NCBI GenBank assembly: GCA_003209055.1
Contig: QCTB01000001.1
Coordinates: 1-54,086, forward strand
Reading direction: 5' to 3'
DNA from: Prochlorococcus sp. AG-670-O13
GTDB taxonomy: Bacteria; Cyanobacteriota; Cyanobacteriia; PCC-6307; Cyanobiaceae
DNA: 54,086 nt
This document shows, one piece after another, positions 40,522 to 50,623 of the stretch. The notes under the pieces are model-generated. The model was given only the letters and a program-made list of their open reading frames with translations, did no database searches and had not been told where the DNA came from. The position numbers and the translations under genes are program-made. How positions within the stretch are numbered: position 1 is the first letter of the stretch; every line of letters starts with the position of its first letter.

Positions 40522-40637
40522 TTCTGAATTAATTTTATACAACAAGGGATGTATTGAAGTAGAATAATATAGTAATGTATATGAACTACTTAATTAGTAG
40601 TTTTTATCTTGGTTATTATCTTAAAGTTGAGTTTCAA

Positions 40638-41156
40638 GTGAGTATTTTTGTTGGCAATTTGCCTTTCCGCGCAGAGCGAGAAGACATCCTAGAATTATTT
40701 ACACCTTATGGTGAAGTTATGAACTGTTCTCTTCCTTTGGAGAGAGATACAGGTAGAAAAAGAGGTTTTGCTTTTGTCGAAATGGCAGATGAGGCACTTG
40801 AGACAGCTGCTATTGATGGTCTTCAAGGTACCGAGCTTATGGGAAGACCGTTAAGAATTAACAAAGCTGAGCCAAGAGGCGGCGGCGGTGGTGGTCCCCG
40901 AAGAGGTGGTGGTGGTAGAGGCGGCTATGGCGGCGGCGGAAATGGCGGCGGTTATGGCGGCGGTGGAAATGGCGGCGGTTATGGCGGTGGCTATTCTGAA
41001 CCCTCTTCCTCTTATGCTAATAAATCTTCTGGAGCAGAAGGATGGGAAGATAGAAGTTACGGAAACTCTTCCGAAAATTCTGAATTTGAAAATAGTAGAA
41101 GTAGAAGAAAAAGAAGCGTCGTTAGTAACTCTGAAATTCCTCAAGAAGGTAATTAA
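40638..41156 (+). CDS. RRM (RNP-1) RNA-binding protein with a glycine-rich region
   Basis: SIFVGNL (RNP2) and RGFAFVEM (RNP1); GTG 40638 gives the typical MSIFVGNL start. Confidence 0.92.
   Translation: MSIFVGNLPFRAEREDILELFTPYGEVMNCSLPLERDTGRKRGFAFVEMADEALETAAIDGLQGTELMGRPLRINKAEPRGGGGGGPRRGGGGRGGYGGGGNGGGYGGGGNGGGYGGGYSEPSSSYANKSSGAEGWEDRSYGNSSENSEFENSRSRRKRSVVSNSEIPQEGN
40923..40994 (+). repeat. 27-bp imperfect tandem repeat (about 2.7 copies) encoding GYGGGGNGG
   Basis: GGCTATGGCGGCGGCGGAAATGGCGGC / GGTTATGGCGGCGGTGGAAATGGCGGC / GGTTATGGCGGTGGCTAT. Confidence 0.9.
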
Positions 41157-42157
41157 TAACCCATTTTTTGAAGTTCTGATGTTAACTTGATTAAATAATC
41201 AATACTCAATTCTTTTTTAATCGATCTGGTAGAAATTTCATTTCTCCATATTTTTGCTTTTGGGATACTTTCAACAAGATTTATAAGATGTTTACAGATA
41301 TCCCATGTTTTTCCTTCATTTTTTAAATGATTTTCAATATAAGGAACTAACGAAAATATAATTTCTGAAGTTTTTTTGCTTGCAGTATCTACTCCATAGA
41401 TTCTTTTATCAATTTCAGACCATCTCATGGGATGGTTATAAGCTGATCTCCCTATCATTACGCCATCAAAATCATTCAGTGCTTTTATGCATTGATCAAT
41501 GTTCGTAAAACCTCCATTTATCTCAATAGCTAGTTTTGGATTATTTTTTTTTAATTCCTGAACTACATCATATTTAAGTGGAGGTACAGTTCTATTTTGT
41601 TTTGGATTCAGGCCTTTTAATATTGCCTTTCTTGCATGAACTGTAAATCTGTCTGCTCCAGCATTTGCAACCTCTTTTACGAAACTATCTAATTTATTAA
41701 AACTATCTTCTTCATCAACACCAATTCTATGCTTGATAGTAACGGGGATACTACAATTATTTTTTAGAGATTCTATACATTTTGCGACTTTGGTAGGTTC
41801 TTTCATTAATGAAGCACCAAAGTTTCCAGAACATACTCGTGGGCTTGGACATCCTACATTAAAATTAATTTCATCATATCCCCAATCCTGAGCCATTTTT
41901 GCTGCCTCTTTAAGCATTTTTGGGTCGTCGCTACCAAATTGAATTGATAATGGGTGTTCTTCTGAGTTAAAATCTAAAAATCGTTCTTTTTTCTCTGTAT
42001 AAACTAAACTCTGAGCTACTATCATTTCAGTATATAAAAGGGCTTTTGAGCTTATTTTTCTTATTATCATCCTAAAGTGTTTATCTGTACAATCCATCAT
42101 CGGAGCAACACTTATTTTATGTAAATTGTTTATAGTATTAGTCTGATAACTTTTCAT
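41153..42157 (-). CDS. dusA: tRNA-dihydrouridine synthase A
   Basis: APMMDCTD, NFNVGCPS, VTIKHRIG, TVHARKA, NGG, VMIGR. Confidence 0.92.
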   Translation of the reverse strand: MKSYQTNTINNLHKISVAPMMDCTDKHFRMIIRKISSKALLYTEMIVAQSLVYTEKKERFLDFNSEEHPLSIQFGSDDPKMLKEAAKMAQDWGYDEINFNVGCPSPRVCSGNFGASLMKEPTKVAKCIESLKNNCSIPVTIKHRIGVDEEDSFNKLDSFVKEVANAGADRFTVHARKAILKGLNPKQNRTVPPLKYDVVQELKKNNPKLAIEINGGFTNIDQCIKALNDFDGVMIGRSAYNHPMRWSEIDKRIYGVDTASKKTSEIIFSLVPYIENHLKNEGKTWDICKHLINLVESIPKAKIWRNEISTRSIKKELSIDYLIKLTSELQKMGY

Positions 42158-42184
42158 TAAATTCTATTTGAGATCTTTAAAAAT

Positions 42185-42676
42185 ATGAATCAATTTTTAT
42201 CTAGAAGATCTTTTATTTTAGTTCCTACCATGTCAATTTTGAAATTTATTTTTAAACCAAAAAAAGTATTAGCCTCATCTGCTTCGGATGAAGACTGGAA
42301 TTTATCAAAAGAAGAGTGGAAAAACAAACTTAGTCCAGAATCTTTTTATATTTTACGGGAAGAGGGTACTGAAAGAGCATTTAGTAGTCCTCTAAACAAT
42401 GAGAAAAGGAAAGGTACTTTTTATTGTGCAGGCTGTAATCAGTCTCTTTTTACTTCTGATACTAAATTCGATAGTGGTACAGGATGGCCTAGCTTTTGGG
42501 ATCCTATTCAAGGTTCCGTAGAAACGAAGGTAGATTTCAAATTAATTGTACCAAGAACTGAATATCATTGTTCTAGATGTGGAGGTCATCAAGGTCATGT
42601 TTTTAATGACGGCCCTTTGCCAACAGGTAAAAGATATTGTAATAACGGTCTTGCTTTGAAGTTTATAGCCGAATAA
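42185..42676 (+). CDS. msrB: Peptide methionine-(R)-sulfoxide reductase with a twin-arginine-like N-terminus
   Basis: GTERAF, zinc-binding CxxC x2, GWPSF, HQGHVFNDGP, catalytic RYCNNG. Confidence 0.94.
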   Translation: MNQFLSRRSFILVPTMSILKFIFKPKKVLASSASDEDWNLSKEEWKNKLSPESFYILREEGTERAFSSPLNNEKRKGTFYCAGCNQSLFTSDTKFDSGTGWPSFWDPIQGSVETKVDFKLIVPRTEYHCSRCGGHQGHVFNDGPLPTGKRYCNNGLALKFIAE

Positions 42677-42752
42677 CTTATTAGTGCGGCCTTCCGCAAC
42701 TTGTTTTGTGCGTCAATTTCATTCACAATGGTCTTAATAAAATTTTAGAGAA

Positions 42753-43472
42753 ATGATTGAAAAACAATCAGATAATGTCGAAAATCTAGAAGAGAATGTT
42801 TCTGATGAGGGCAATATTAATGAAGACTCTTCTATAGTTGAAGATCAAATTAACGAAGATAAAGAATTACCTGGGGAAACTAATGAAAAAATTAATGCAG
42901 AAGATTTAAAAAATACGATTTCTAATAATGACGCAAGATTAGAACAATTAGAAAAAGAGCATGAAACTTTAAAAAGTCAGTATGTAAGGATTGCCGCTGA
43001 TTTCGATAATTTTAGAAAAAGACAATCTCGTGATCAAGATGATTTAAAAATTCAACTTGTTTCTAAAGCTTTAACTGCTATTTTGCCAATTGTGGATAAT
43101 TTTGAGAGAGCAAGACAACAACTCAAACCTGAAAGTGAAGAAGCCCAAACATTGCATAGAAGCTATCAAGGACTTTATAAGCAACTAGTAGAAGTGTTAA
43201 AACAGCAAGGAGTTGCTCCAATGAGGGTAGTTAGTCAACATTTTGATCCTAATTTACATGAAGCTGTTTTAAGAGAGCCTAGTGAAGAATTTAATGAGGA
43301 TATAATTACAGAAGAACTTCAAAGGGGATATCATTTAGAAGGTAAGGTTTTAAGACATGCTTTAGTGAAAGTTTCCATGGGCCCTGGCAAGCAAATTTCA
43401 CAAGAACCTGAAGAAAAGGATAAAGTTGAAGAAGATATTGATTCAGAGAGCACTATCTCTGAAGATAATTAA
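42753..43472 (+). CDS. grpE: Nucleotide exchange factor GrpE
   Basis: [31 protein letters not shown]. Confidence 0.95.
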   Translation: MIEKQSDNVENLEENVSDEGNINEDSSIVEDQINEDKELPGETNEKINAEDLKNTISNNDARLEQLEKEHETLKSQYVRIAADFDNFRKRQSRDQDDLKIQLVSKALTAILPIVDNFERARQQLKPESEEAQTLHRSYQGLYKQLVEVLKQQGVAPMRVVSQHFDPNLHEAVLREPSEEFNEDIITEELQRGYHLEGKVLRHALVKVSMGPGKQISQEPEEKDKVEEDIDSESTISEDN

Positions 43473-43502
43473 ATCCTTTAATGAACAGTTGAGAATTATC
43501 TA

Positions 43503-44627
43503 ATGGCTGATTTCTATCAAATACTTGGCGTTTCAAGAGATGCTGATGCTGATACTCTAAAAAGTGCATATAGAAAGTTGGCAAGACAATATCACCCTGA
43601 TGTGAATAAGGATCCAGGGGCTGAAGATAAATTTAAAGAGATAGGAAAAGCCTATGAGGCATTAGCAGACCCCGAAACTAGAGCTAGATATGATCAGTTT
43701 GGTGAAGCTGGAATAGGAGGAGCGGCCGGGATGCCAGATATGGGAGATATGGGTGGTTTTGCAGATTTGTTTGAAACTTTTTTTAACGGTTTTGGAGGAC
43801 AATCTCCACAAGGTGGTAGAACACAAAGAAGAGGACCTCAACAAGGAGATGATTTAAGGTACGATTTAAATATTGATTTTAAAGATGCTATATTTGGACA
43901 GCAAAGAGAAATAAAGATACCTCATTTAGAAACTTGTGAAGTTTGTAGAGGCATAGGCGCAAAACCAGGAACAGGTCCTACAACTTGTTCGACTTGTGGT
44001 GGTACTGGACAGGTTAGAAGAGCCACAAGAACACCTTTTGGTAATTTCACACAAGTTGCAGAATGTCCAACTTGTAATGGAGCTGGTCAAATAATTTCAG
44101 ATCCATGTACAAGTTGTGGTGGTAATGGTGTTAAACAAGTTAGAAAAAAATTACGTATTAATATTCCCGCTGGAGTTGATTCAGGAACTAAATTGAGAGT
44201 TTCTGGAGAGGGTAATGTAGGTTTAAAAGGTGGCCCAGCTGGAGATCTTTATGTTTTTATTAAAGTCAAAAATGACCCAAATTTAAAAAGAGATGGTATT
44301 AATATTTACTCTGAAATATCAGTAAGTTATCTGCAAGCTATTCTTGGAGATACTGTTGATATAGTCACCGTTGATGGGAAAGTTAACTTAAAAATTCCAA
44401 GCGGAACTCAGCCAAATAGTACTTTATCATTAGAGAATAAAGGTGTGCCTCGATTAGGTAATCCAGTTGCCAGAGGTAATCATCAGGTTTTAGTAAAGGT
44501 TAAACTTCCAACTCGAATTACAGAAGACGAACGAAATCTTCTCGAGAATTTAGCTTCTCAATATTCTGATCAAAATTCTAGCTCCAATAGTGGATTGTTC
44601 AGTAAACTATTTGGAAAGGAATCTTGA
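43503..44627 (+). CDS. dnaJ: Chaperone DnaJ (type I)
   Basis: J-domain HPD, G/F region, four CxxCxGxG repeats. Confidence 0.97.
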   Translation: MADFYQILGVSRDADADTLKSAYRKLARQYHPDVNKDPGAEDKFKEIGKAYEALADPETRARYDQFGEAGIGGAAGMPDMGDMGGFADLFETFFNGFGGQSPQGGRTQRRGPQQGDDLRYDLNIDFKDAIFGQQREIKIPHLETCEVCRGIGAKPGTGPTTCSTCGGTGQVRRATRTPFGNFTQVAECPTCNGAGQIISDPCTSCGGNGVKQVRKKLRINIPAGVDSGTKLRVSGEGNVGLKGGPAGDLYVFIKVKNDPNLKRDGINIYSEISVSYLQAILGDTVDIVTVDGKVNLKIPSGTQPNSTLSLENKGVPRLGNPVARGNHQVLVKVKLPTRITEDERNLLENLASQYSDQNSSSNSGLFSKLFGKES

Positions 44628-44857
44628 AGAAAGTTTCAAAGGTTTTGGATTTAGAATCGATTCCTTGTCCTTTGAATGTCGTGAAATGTAAATTAGCATT
44701 AGAGAAAATTTCCACAGATGAAACTTTGATAGTTCATCTGGATAAAGGAGAACCAGAAATAATGGTTAAAAGAGTCTTAAAAGAAATGAAATATTTTTTT
44801 AAAACGATAGAAGAAAATCAAAAAACAATAAAGCTAATAATTTCTTATGAAAGTTGA
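44624..44857 (+). CDS. TusA/SirA-like sulfur carrier protein
   Basis: [11 protein letters not shown] motif, LDKGEP; 77 aa. Confidence 0.82.
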   Translation: MKKVSKVLDLESIPCPLNVVKCKLALEKISTDETLIVHLDKGEPEIMVKRVLKEMKYFFKTIEENQKTIKLIISYES

Positions 44858-45764
44858 TAGAAAATATAAAGGTCTTGTCACAAAAAAATTTAATGAATTT
44901 TATCTTGTTGAATTAGATAATGAAGATAGCTCAGTGTTTAATAAAAAATTCTTATGCAAAATTAAGAAGTCTGTAAACTTTAGAAATCAATTTGTCTTTG
45001 TTGGAGATAAAGTGATTGTTTATCAAATTGACTTTCACAGTAAAAGAGCAACAATAGAAAGTTTAGTCAAAAGAAATAATCTTCTAGAGAGACCATCCGT
45101 TGCTAATATTTCAAATATATTTGTTATTTGTTCTGTCGAAGAACCAAAATTAAATTTATCTCAAGTAAATAAGTTTTTAATATCCGCTGAACAAATTGGT
45201 GTAGAGGTTTCATTGGTTCTTACAAAATGTGATTTGATAACAGAGCATAAACGAAGTTTGTTAATTGATAAATTTCAAAAATGGGGATATCAAGCTATTA
45301 CTTTAAATTTTAATAATCCAGATAATTTAAAAAATTTATTAATTGAGTTGAAGAAAAAAAAATGTTCAATATTTGTGGGACCATCTGGTGTTGGTAAAAC
45401 TACACTATTAAATAAGATAATTCCAGGCCTTGATAATGCAACTGCACCTGTTTCAAGCAAAATAAAACGTGGAAAAAATACTACAAGAAACGTTGAGCTA
45501 TTTTCTCTCTCAAGTAAAAGCTATATCGTTGATACTCCTGGGTTTAATATGCAATCACTTGCAATAGATATTAGAGAATTACCTAATTTATATCCAGAAA
45601 TTTATAATCAAGTAAATAATGAGGGTATAAATTGTAAATTTCGTAATTGTCTACATGTAAATGATCAGGGTTGTAAGTTAAATAAAAATTTCGAAAGGTA
45701 TATTTTTTATAAAGAGATGATTGAATCATCTAAGAGTCGTTATTGTCTAATCCCGGAAGATTAA
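44847..45764 (+). CDS. rsgA: Ribosome small subunit-dependent GTPase A
   Basis: Circularly permuted [19 protein letters not shown]; zinc site [14 protein letters not shown]. Confidence 0.94.
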   Translation: MKVDRKYKGLVTKKFNEFYLVELDNEDSSVFNKKFLCKIKKSVNFRNQFVFVGDKVIVYQIDFHSKRATIESLVKRNNLLERPSVANISNIFVICSVEEPKLNLSQVNKFLISAEQIGVEVSLVLTKCDLITEHKRSLLIDKFQKWGYQAITLNFNNPDNLKNLLIELKKKKCSIFVGPSGVGKTTLLNKIIPGLDNATAPVSSKIKRGKNTTRNVELFSLSSKSYIVDTPGFNMQSLAIDIRELPNLYPEIYNQVNNEGINCKFRNCLHVNDQGCKLNKNFERYIFYKEMIESSKSRYCLIPED

Positions 45765-46080
45765 GATTTAAGCCTCCAGTCAAGTCATTCATTCTCTCTT
45801 TCATTGTTGTAGTTGAACTTTCATGAGCTTTTTGAATAGCTTCTAAAATATTTTTCTCTATTTGTTCTTTGCCTGCATTAGAAATTTTTTCACTTACTTC
45901 AACTCTTAAAGGTTGTTGATTTCCACTGATCCATACTTTTATCATTTCATCATCACTTTTACCTTCAATTTCCATGCTTTCAAGCTCATCTTGTAATTTC
46001 TGAGCATTTTGTTGAATTTCTTTAGCTTTTTTAAAAGCTTCTGTTAATTGTCCAAAATTTGGAAGTCCAAAACCTGCCAT
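45730..46080 (-). CDS. YbaB/EbfC family nucleoid-associated protein
   Basis: [36 protein letters not shown]. Confidence 0.88.
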   Translation of the reverse strand: MAGFGLPNFGQLTEAFKKAKEIQQNAQKLQDELESMEIEGKSDDEMIKVWISGNQQPLRVEVSEKISNAGKEQIEKNILEAIQKAHESSTTTMKERMNDLTGGLNLNLPGLDNNDS

Positions 46081-46101
46081 CTGATAATAAAGTTTCTCTA
46101 T

Positions 46102-46992
46102 TTAAGGATAGTCAAAACCCATCATTCTTACTTCGGGTTGAAGGGAAATTCCTTTTTTTTGTAGCACTTTTTGTTGAATTACTGTTATTAACTCTAAAAT
46201 ATCTTGTGAATTTGCAGAAGAGTTGTTTACTATAAAATTTGCATGCAAAGTTGATATCTCTGCACCTCCTATTTTAAAACCTTTTAATCCTAATTCCTCA
46301 ATTAATTTTCCTGCATAAGTATTAGTTGGATTTTTAAAAACGCTTCCAAAGCTTGGCAAATCATATGGCTGAGTTTCGGTTTTTCTTTTAAGATTTTTTT
46401 TTGTAGTTTCTAATAGTTGTTTAATATTTCCTTTTGGCTTAAAAAGTAGTTTTGCGCTTATTATTAGGAGATGATTTTGTTGAAAAGTACTAAACCTATA
46501 TTGAAAATTGATATCTTTTTTTTCAATCTCAGCTATTTCAAGAGTTTTTGTATTCATAACTTGAACTGATATAAGATTGTTAGCCAATGTTAAGTCTCCT
46601 GAGCCTGCATTCATATAAATAGCTCCTCCTACAGTTCCTGGGATTCCTACTGCCCATTCGCCGCCTTGTAACCCCTTCTTTGCAAGCATATTTGACATGG
46701 TTGGGAGCATAACTCCAGCTTCCGATTCTACAATTCCTGTAAGAGATTCAATCTCGATAGATCTCATATTTTTGGTGCATATAGTTAATCCTTCTAAGAA
46801 AATATTATTTATTAACAAATTTGAGCCAGCTCCTATTATTCTACATTCTTGCTTATTTGACTTTGACCACTTTATTAAATTTACGAGCTCATCAATATTA
46901 TTTGGTTGTGAAAAATATTCTGCAAATCCACCAACTTTTATTGTTGTAAAATTAGAAAGATTTATATTTTTTTTTAAATTAATTTTTTGCAT
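46102..46992 (-). CDS. murB: UDP-N-acetylenolpyruvoylglucosamine reductase
   Basis: GAGSNLL, GIPGTVGGAIYMNAG, SFGSVFKNP, HANFIVN. Confidence 0.95.
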   Translation of the reverse strand: MQKINLKKNINLSNFTTIKVGGFAEYFSQPNNIDELVNLIKWSKSNKQECRIIGAGSNLLINNIFLEGLTICTKNMRSIEIESLTGIVESEAGVMLPTMSNMLAKKGLQGGEWAVGIPGTVGGAIYMNAGSGDLTLANNLISVQVMNTKTLEIAEIEKKDINFQYRFSTFQQNHLLIISAKLLFKPKGNIKQLLETTKKNLKRKTETQPYDLPSFGSVFKNPTNTYAGKLIEELGLKGFKIGGAEISTLHANFIVNNSSANSQDILELITVIQQKVLQKKGISLQPEVRMMGFDYP

Positions 46993-46999
46993 TAATTAT

Positions 47000-48418
47000 T
47001 TAATTATCTAGAGTATTTTTATTATTTAAGAACGACCAAAGGTTATGAGAATCTCCAGCTCCCATATTTATAATAAAATCATTTTTTTTCGTTAATTCAA
47101 AAAACTTATCTTTTATTTCATAATTATCTTTTAGGCATTTAACATTCTTATTTTTTTTATAAATAAGATCAGCAATTTGTCGTGAGTTAGTATTATCTAT
47201 ATTTTTTTCTCCAGCTCCAAAAATATTTGTTAGATAAATTACATCTGCTTTTGAAAGTTCTTTTGCAAATTCATGAATAAATTGTTTTACTCTCGTAAAT
47301 CTATGCGGTTGAAAAATAGCAACTAATCTTCTTTCTTTATTGTTATTATTATTTATATCTTTAATAAATAACCTTCCTAAATCAATTGTTGCCATTATTT
47401 CACTTGGATGATGTGCATAGTCATCATAAATAATTCTTTGATTTAATTCACCTCTAAATTCAAATCTTTTTTTTGGTAATTCTAGATATTTAATGTTTTC
47501 TTTAATCTCCTTAAAACTTACTCCAACCATCCTAGAAGCCGCTATGGCAGCTGTAATATTTGAAAGATTATGTAATCCAGGAATCGGAATTTTTATTGTA
47601 TCAACGAGGTTTCCATTCTCATAATATTTTCCAATAGTATTATTTTTATTTACAATATTAGGAATTATTGAATACGTAATATTATCAATTTCCTTATTAG
47701 ACCATTGATTGTTTGAGGAAAAATTTTTTCTTGTAATTTCACAATCGTAATTTATTAATAATTTGTTTGAGTTAGAAGCAAATTTTTTAAATGAAGATAA
47801 TACTTCATCTATATCTGAGAAATGATCACAATGATCAAAATCAATATTATTAATTATCGCAATATTAGAATTGTATTTAGTGATTGTTCCATCAGATTCA
47901 TCAACTTCCGTGACTAGGAATTTTGTGTTTTCGATATGGGCATTTGTTTGATAAATTGGAATTATACCGCCAGTTATTGAAGAAGAATTGTGCGTACATA
48001 ATTCTAATAATGTTGAAAGGAAAGTACTTGTAGATGTTTTTCCATGGCTACCTGCTATTGATAGTGACGTATAAGATTCCATTATCATCGCAAGAATATC
48101 TGAACGATGCTTTATTACGAAATTATTTTTTTTGCAAAAGCTTAATTCTTCGTTTTCTTTCTTAATTGCAGAACTTATTACAAAAATAATTTTTTGATTT
48201 TGAAATTTTGAAACTATAAAATCAATATTATTTTTTTTTTGCGAATAAAAAATTATTGCACCTAATTCTTTTAATTTTTCTGTTTCTTTATTTTTAGCTA
48301 TGTCTGAGCCGGAAACTGTGCATCCTTTTTTTATTAATGCTAAAGCGATCGCAGACATTCCAATACCACCAATCCCAATAAAATGGTAATGATTTTTGAC
48401 TATTAATTTTTTATTCAA
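47000..48418 (-). CDS. murC: UDP-N-acetylmuramate-L-alanine ligase
   Basis: HFIGIGGIGMSA, GSHGKTST, EVDESD, DDYAHHP, FQPHRFTR, MGAGD. Confidence 0.95.
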   Translation of the reverse strand: MNKKLIVKNHYHFIGIGGIGMSAIALALIKKGCTVSGSDIAKNKETEKLKELGAIIFYSQKKNNIDFIVSKFQNQKIIFVISSAIKKENEELSFCKKNNFVIKHRSDILAMIMESYTSLSIAGSHGKTSTSTFLSTLLELCTHNSSSITGGIIPIYQTNAHIENTKFLVTEVDESDGTITKYNSNIAIINNIDFDHCDHFSDIDEVLSSFKKFASNSNKLLINYDCEITRKNFSSNNQWSNKEIDNITYSIIPNIVNKNNTIGKYYENGNLVDTIKIPIPGLHNLSNITAAIAASRMVGVSFKEIKENIKYLELPKKRFEFRGELNQRIIYDDYAHHPSEIMATIDLGRLFIKDINNNNNKERRLVAIFQPHRFTRVKQFIHEFAKELSKADVIYLTNIFGAGEKNIDNTNSRQIADLIYKKNKNVKCLKDNYEIKDKFFELTKKNDFIINMGAGDSHNLWSFLNNKNTLDN

Positions 48419-48572
48419 TTGACATCTTTTGCTTAAATTAAGATAACTTCTAAGTAATAATTTTGGTATTTTATTTTTACAAAAAAGTTGATTTCATTTT
48501 ATGAATTAATACAAAACTAAAATTATTTGCTTAATAAATCAAAAAATACTTACTTTATTGCACAAAATTCTG

Positions 48573-48578
48573 TATGAT
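48573..48578 (+). promoter_or_regulatory. Putative -10 element (TATGAT) for gap2
   Basis: TATGAT about 36 nt upstream of the ATG in the divergent murC-gap spacer; weak -35 (TTACTT) at 17-nt spacing. Confidence 0.35.
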
Positions 48579-48613
48579 CAGCAACTTAGGTTAATCATTA
48601 GAATTTTTTAGTT

Positions 48614-49636
48614 ATGACTTTGCGTGTTGCTATTAATGGGTTTGGCAGAATTGGTCGAAACTTTATGCGTTGTTGGCTAAGTAGAGGTGCTTATACCAAC
48701 ATTGAAGTGGTTGGTATAAACGTAACTTCAGACCCTAAAACTAACGCCCATCTTCTTAAATATGACTCTGTCCTCGGACAATTAGAAGGGGTGGATATTC
48801 AATATACTGATGATACTTTTGTTATAAATAATAAAACAATTAAATGTTTTTCAGATAGAAATCCATTGAATTTACCCTGGAAAGACTGGGGAGTTGATTT
48901 GGTTATTGAATCAACTGGAGTTTTTAATACTGATGTTGGTGCAAGTAAACACCTTGAAGTTGGAGCCAAGAAAGTCATCTTAACTGCCCCTGGAAAAGGA
49001 TCAGGTGTTGGAACTTACGTTGTTGGGGTAAATGCTGATTCATATAATCATAAAGATTTCGATATTTTGAGTAATGCTAGTTGTACTACAAACTGTTTAG
49101 CTCCAGTAGTTAAAGTTCTTGATCAAACTTTTGGAATAAATAAAGGTTTGATGACTACTATCCATAGCTATACTGGTGATCAGAGAATTTTAGATAATAG
49201 TCATAGAGATTTAAGAAGGGCTAGAGCTGCAGCTACAAATATAGTTCCTACTTCAACAGGAGCAGCAAAAGCAGTTGCTTTGGTTTATCCTGAGATGAAG
49301 GGGAAGCTTACTGGTATTGCAATGAGGGTACCAACTCCTAATGTTTCAGCGGTTGATTTCGTTTTTGAATCTTCTAAATCTGTTTCAAGCGATGAAGTTA
49401 ATAATGCTCTTAAGGAAGCCTCTTTGGGTTCAATGAAAGGAATTATTAAATATGGAGATTTGCCTTTAGTTTCAAGTGATTATGCAGGTACTAATGAGTC
49501 ATCAATTGTTGATAGTGATCTCACAATGTGTATTGGAGATAATCTTGTTAAGGTACTTGCTTGGTACGATAACGAATGGGGTTATAGCCAAAGAGTTGTA
49601 GATTTGGCAGAGATAGTAGCTAAAAAATGGGAATAA
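48614..49636 (+). CDS. gap2: Glyceraldehyde-3-phosphate dehydrogenase (NAD(P)-dependent, Calvin-cycle type)
   Basis: [14 protein letters not shown], catalytic [33 protein letters not shown]. Confidence 0.95.
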   Translation: MTLRVAINGFGRIGRNFMRCWLSRGAYTNIEVVGINVTSDPKTNAHLLKYDSVLGQLEGVDIQYTDDTFVINNKTIKCFSDRNPLNLPWKDWGVDLVIESTGVFNTDVGASKHLEVGAKKVILTAPGKGSGVGTYVVGVNADSYNHKDFDILSNASCTTNCLAPVVKVLDQTFGINKGLMTTIHSYTGDQRILDNSHRDLRRARAAATNIVPTSTGAAKAVALVYPEMKGKLTGIAMRVPTPNVSAVDFVFESSKSVSSDEVNNALKEASLGSMKGIIKYGDLPLVSSDYAGTNESSIVDSDLTMCIGDNLVKVLAWYDNEWGYSQRVVDLAEIVAKKWE

Positions 49637-50623
49637 TTAAAAGTGAGAAAAAGACTTATTTTTCAATAATTTCTCGTTATTACAATTTTTAAATTCAATT
49701 GAAGGTTCTCCTTTTATAAAATATCCAATTTCTGAGATAGTATTATCTGCAAATAGGAGGTTATTAGCCCATTTTCTTGGGAGAGAAAAAACTAGTTCGT
49801 AATCTTCTCCACCAAAAAAGTAATATTCATCCCATTCATTTCCTTGAGGCCAATTTTTGTGTTTGGGAATTTTTGTATAATCAATAATTGCTTTACATTT
49901 ACTTTCAACTGATAGATCTAGTATTGCCTGATATAAACCATCACTACTATCAGTACATCCAATAGTTTTAATTTTTTTTGTTGGACAGGCTTCTATTACT
50001 TTTTTAAGAAATTTAGGTTTAAGTTTTGGTTTGCAGAATTGTTGTATAGATCTATTGATTAATGCTTGTGATAAATAAATATTACTATCAAAAACATTTT
50101 TACTTTTTATCATTAGTCCTAATTTGCTGAGGCCATGAATTCCTGTTGTTAAGATAATTTCCTTGGGCTTGCATGAGTTTCTTCTTAATTTTATTTTCCC
50201 CTGTGTGCCTATGACCGTCAAAGCGATTACTTTTTCACTTCCTACAGAGCAATCTCCTCCAAGTATAAATCCACCAAAACGTTCTAATGCTCCATTTATT
50301 CCTGTATATAAATCTTTAATCCAAATCCAATCTGTTTTTGGTGGAACTACTAAACTGATGTTCACTCCGATGATTTTGCTGCAACCACTTGAAATTAAAT
50401 CAGATACGTTGCTTGCTACAGCTTTCCAACCTATGTCTAAGGCAGAAATTGTATCATCATTAAAATGCACATTTTCAACTAATGAATCAGTATTAATCAA
50501 AAAGTTTTTATTTTTCGTTTTAACGAACGCACAATCATCAGAGACTTGCTTCTCAGGCATAAATGCAGCAATCCTATTTATTAATTCTTTTTCGCCAATA
50601 TCTTCTAATAATTCTTTATGCAT
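49637..50623 (-). CDS. thiL: Thiamine-monophosphate kinase
   Basis: GEKELI, DDCA, NVSDL, GGD, DSSDGL, GGEDYELVF. Confidence 0.93.
   Translation of the reverse strand: MHKELLEDIGEKELINRIAAFMPEKQVSDDCAFVKTKNKNFLINTDSLVENVHFNDDTISALDIGWKAVASNVSDLISSGCSKIIGVNISLVVPPKTDWIWIKDLYTGINGALERFGGFILGGDCSVGSEKVIALTVIGTQGKIKLRRNSCKPKEIILTTGIHGLSKLGLMIKSKNVFDSNIYLSQALINRSIQQFCKPKLKPKFLKKVIEACPTKKIKTIGCTDSSDGLYQAILDLSVESKCKAIIDYTKIPKHKNWPQGNEWDEYYFFGGEDYELVFSLPRKWANNLLFADNTISEIGYFIKGEPSIEFKNCNNEKLLKNKSFSHF

Noticed and set aside
10079-40637. N-terminal extensions in the ORF track for aroE (10079), sps (16031), DUF1400-like (22754), queG (34940) and rbp (40575)
   Set aside because: These are longest-ORF artefacts; family-typical N-termini begin at 10127, 16010, 22778, 34844 and 40638.
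40851-41190. Two extra open frames over the rbp glycine repeat (40851-41144 -, 40888-41190 +)
   Set aside because: GC-rich repeats lack stop codons in alternative frames, and the products are Ala/Val/Thr low-complexity artefacts.
48345-48352. HIP1 octamer GCGATCGC
   Set aside because: Only one copy noticed in 54 kb, inside murC coding sequence, so there is no enrichment.
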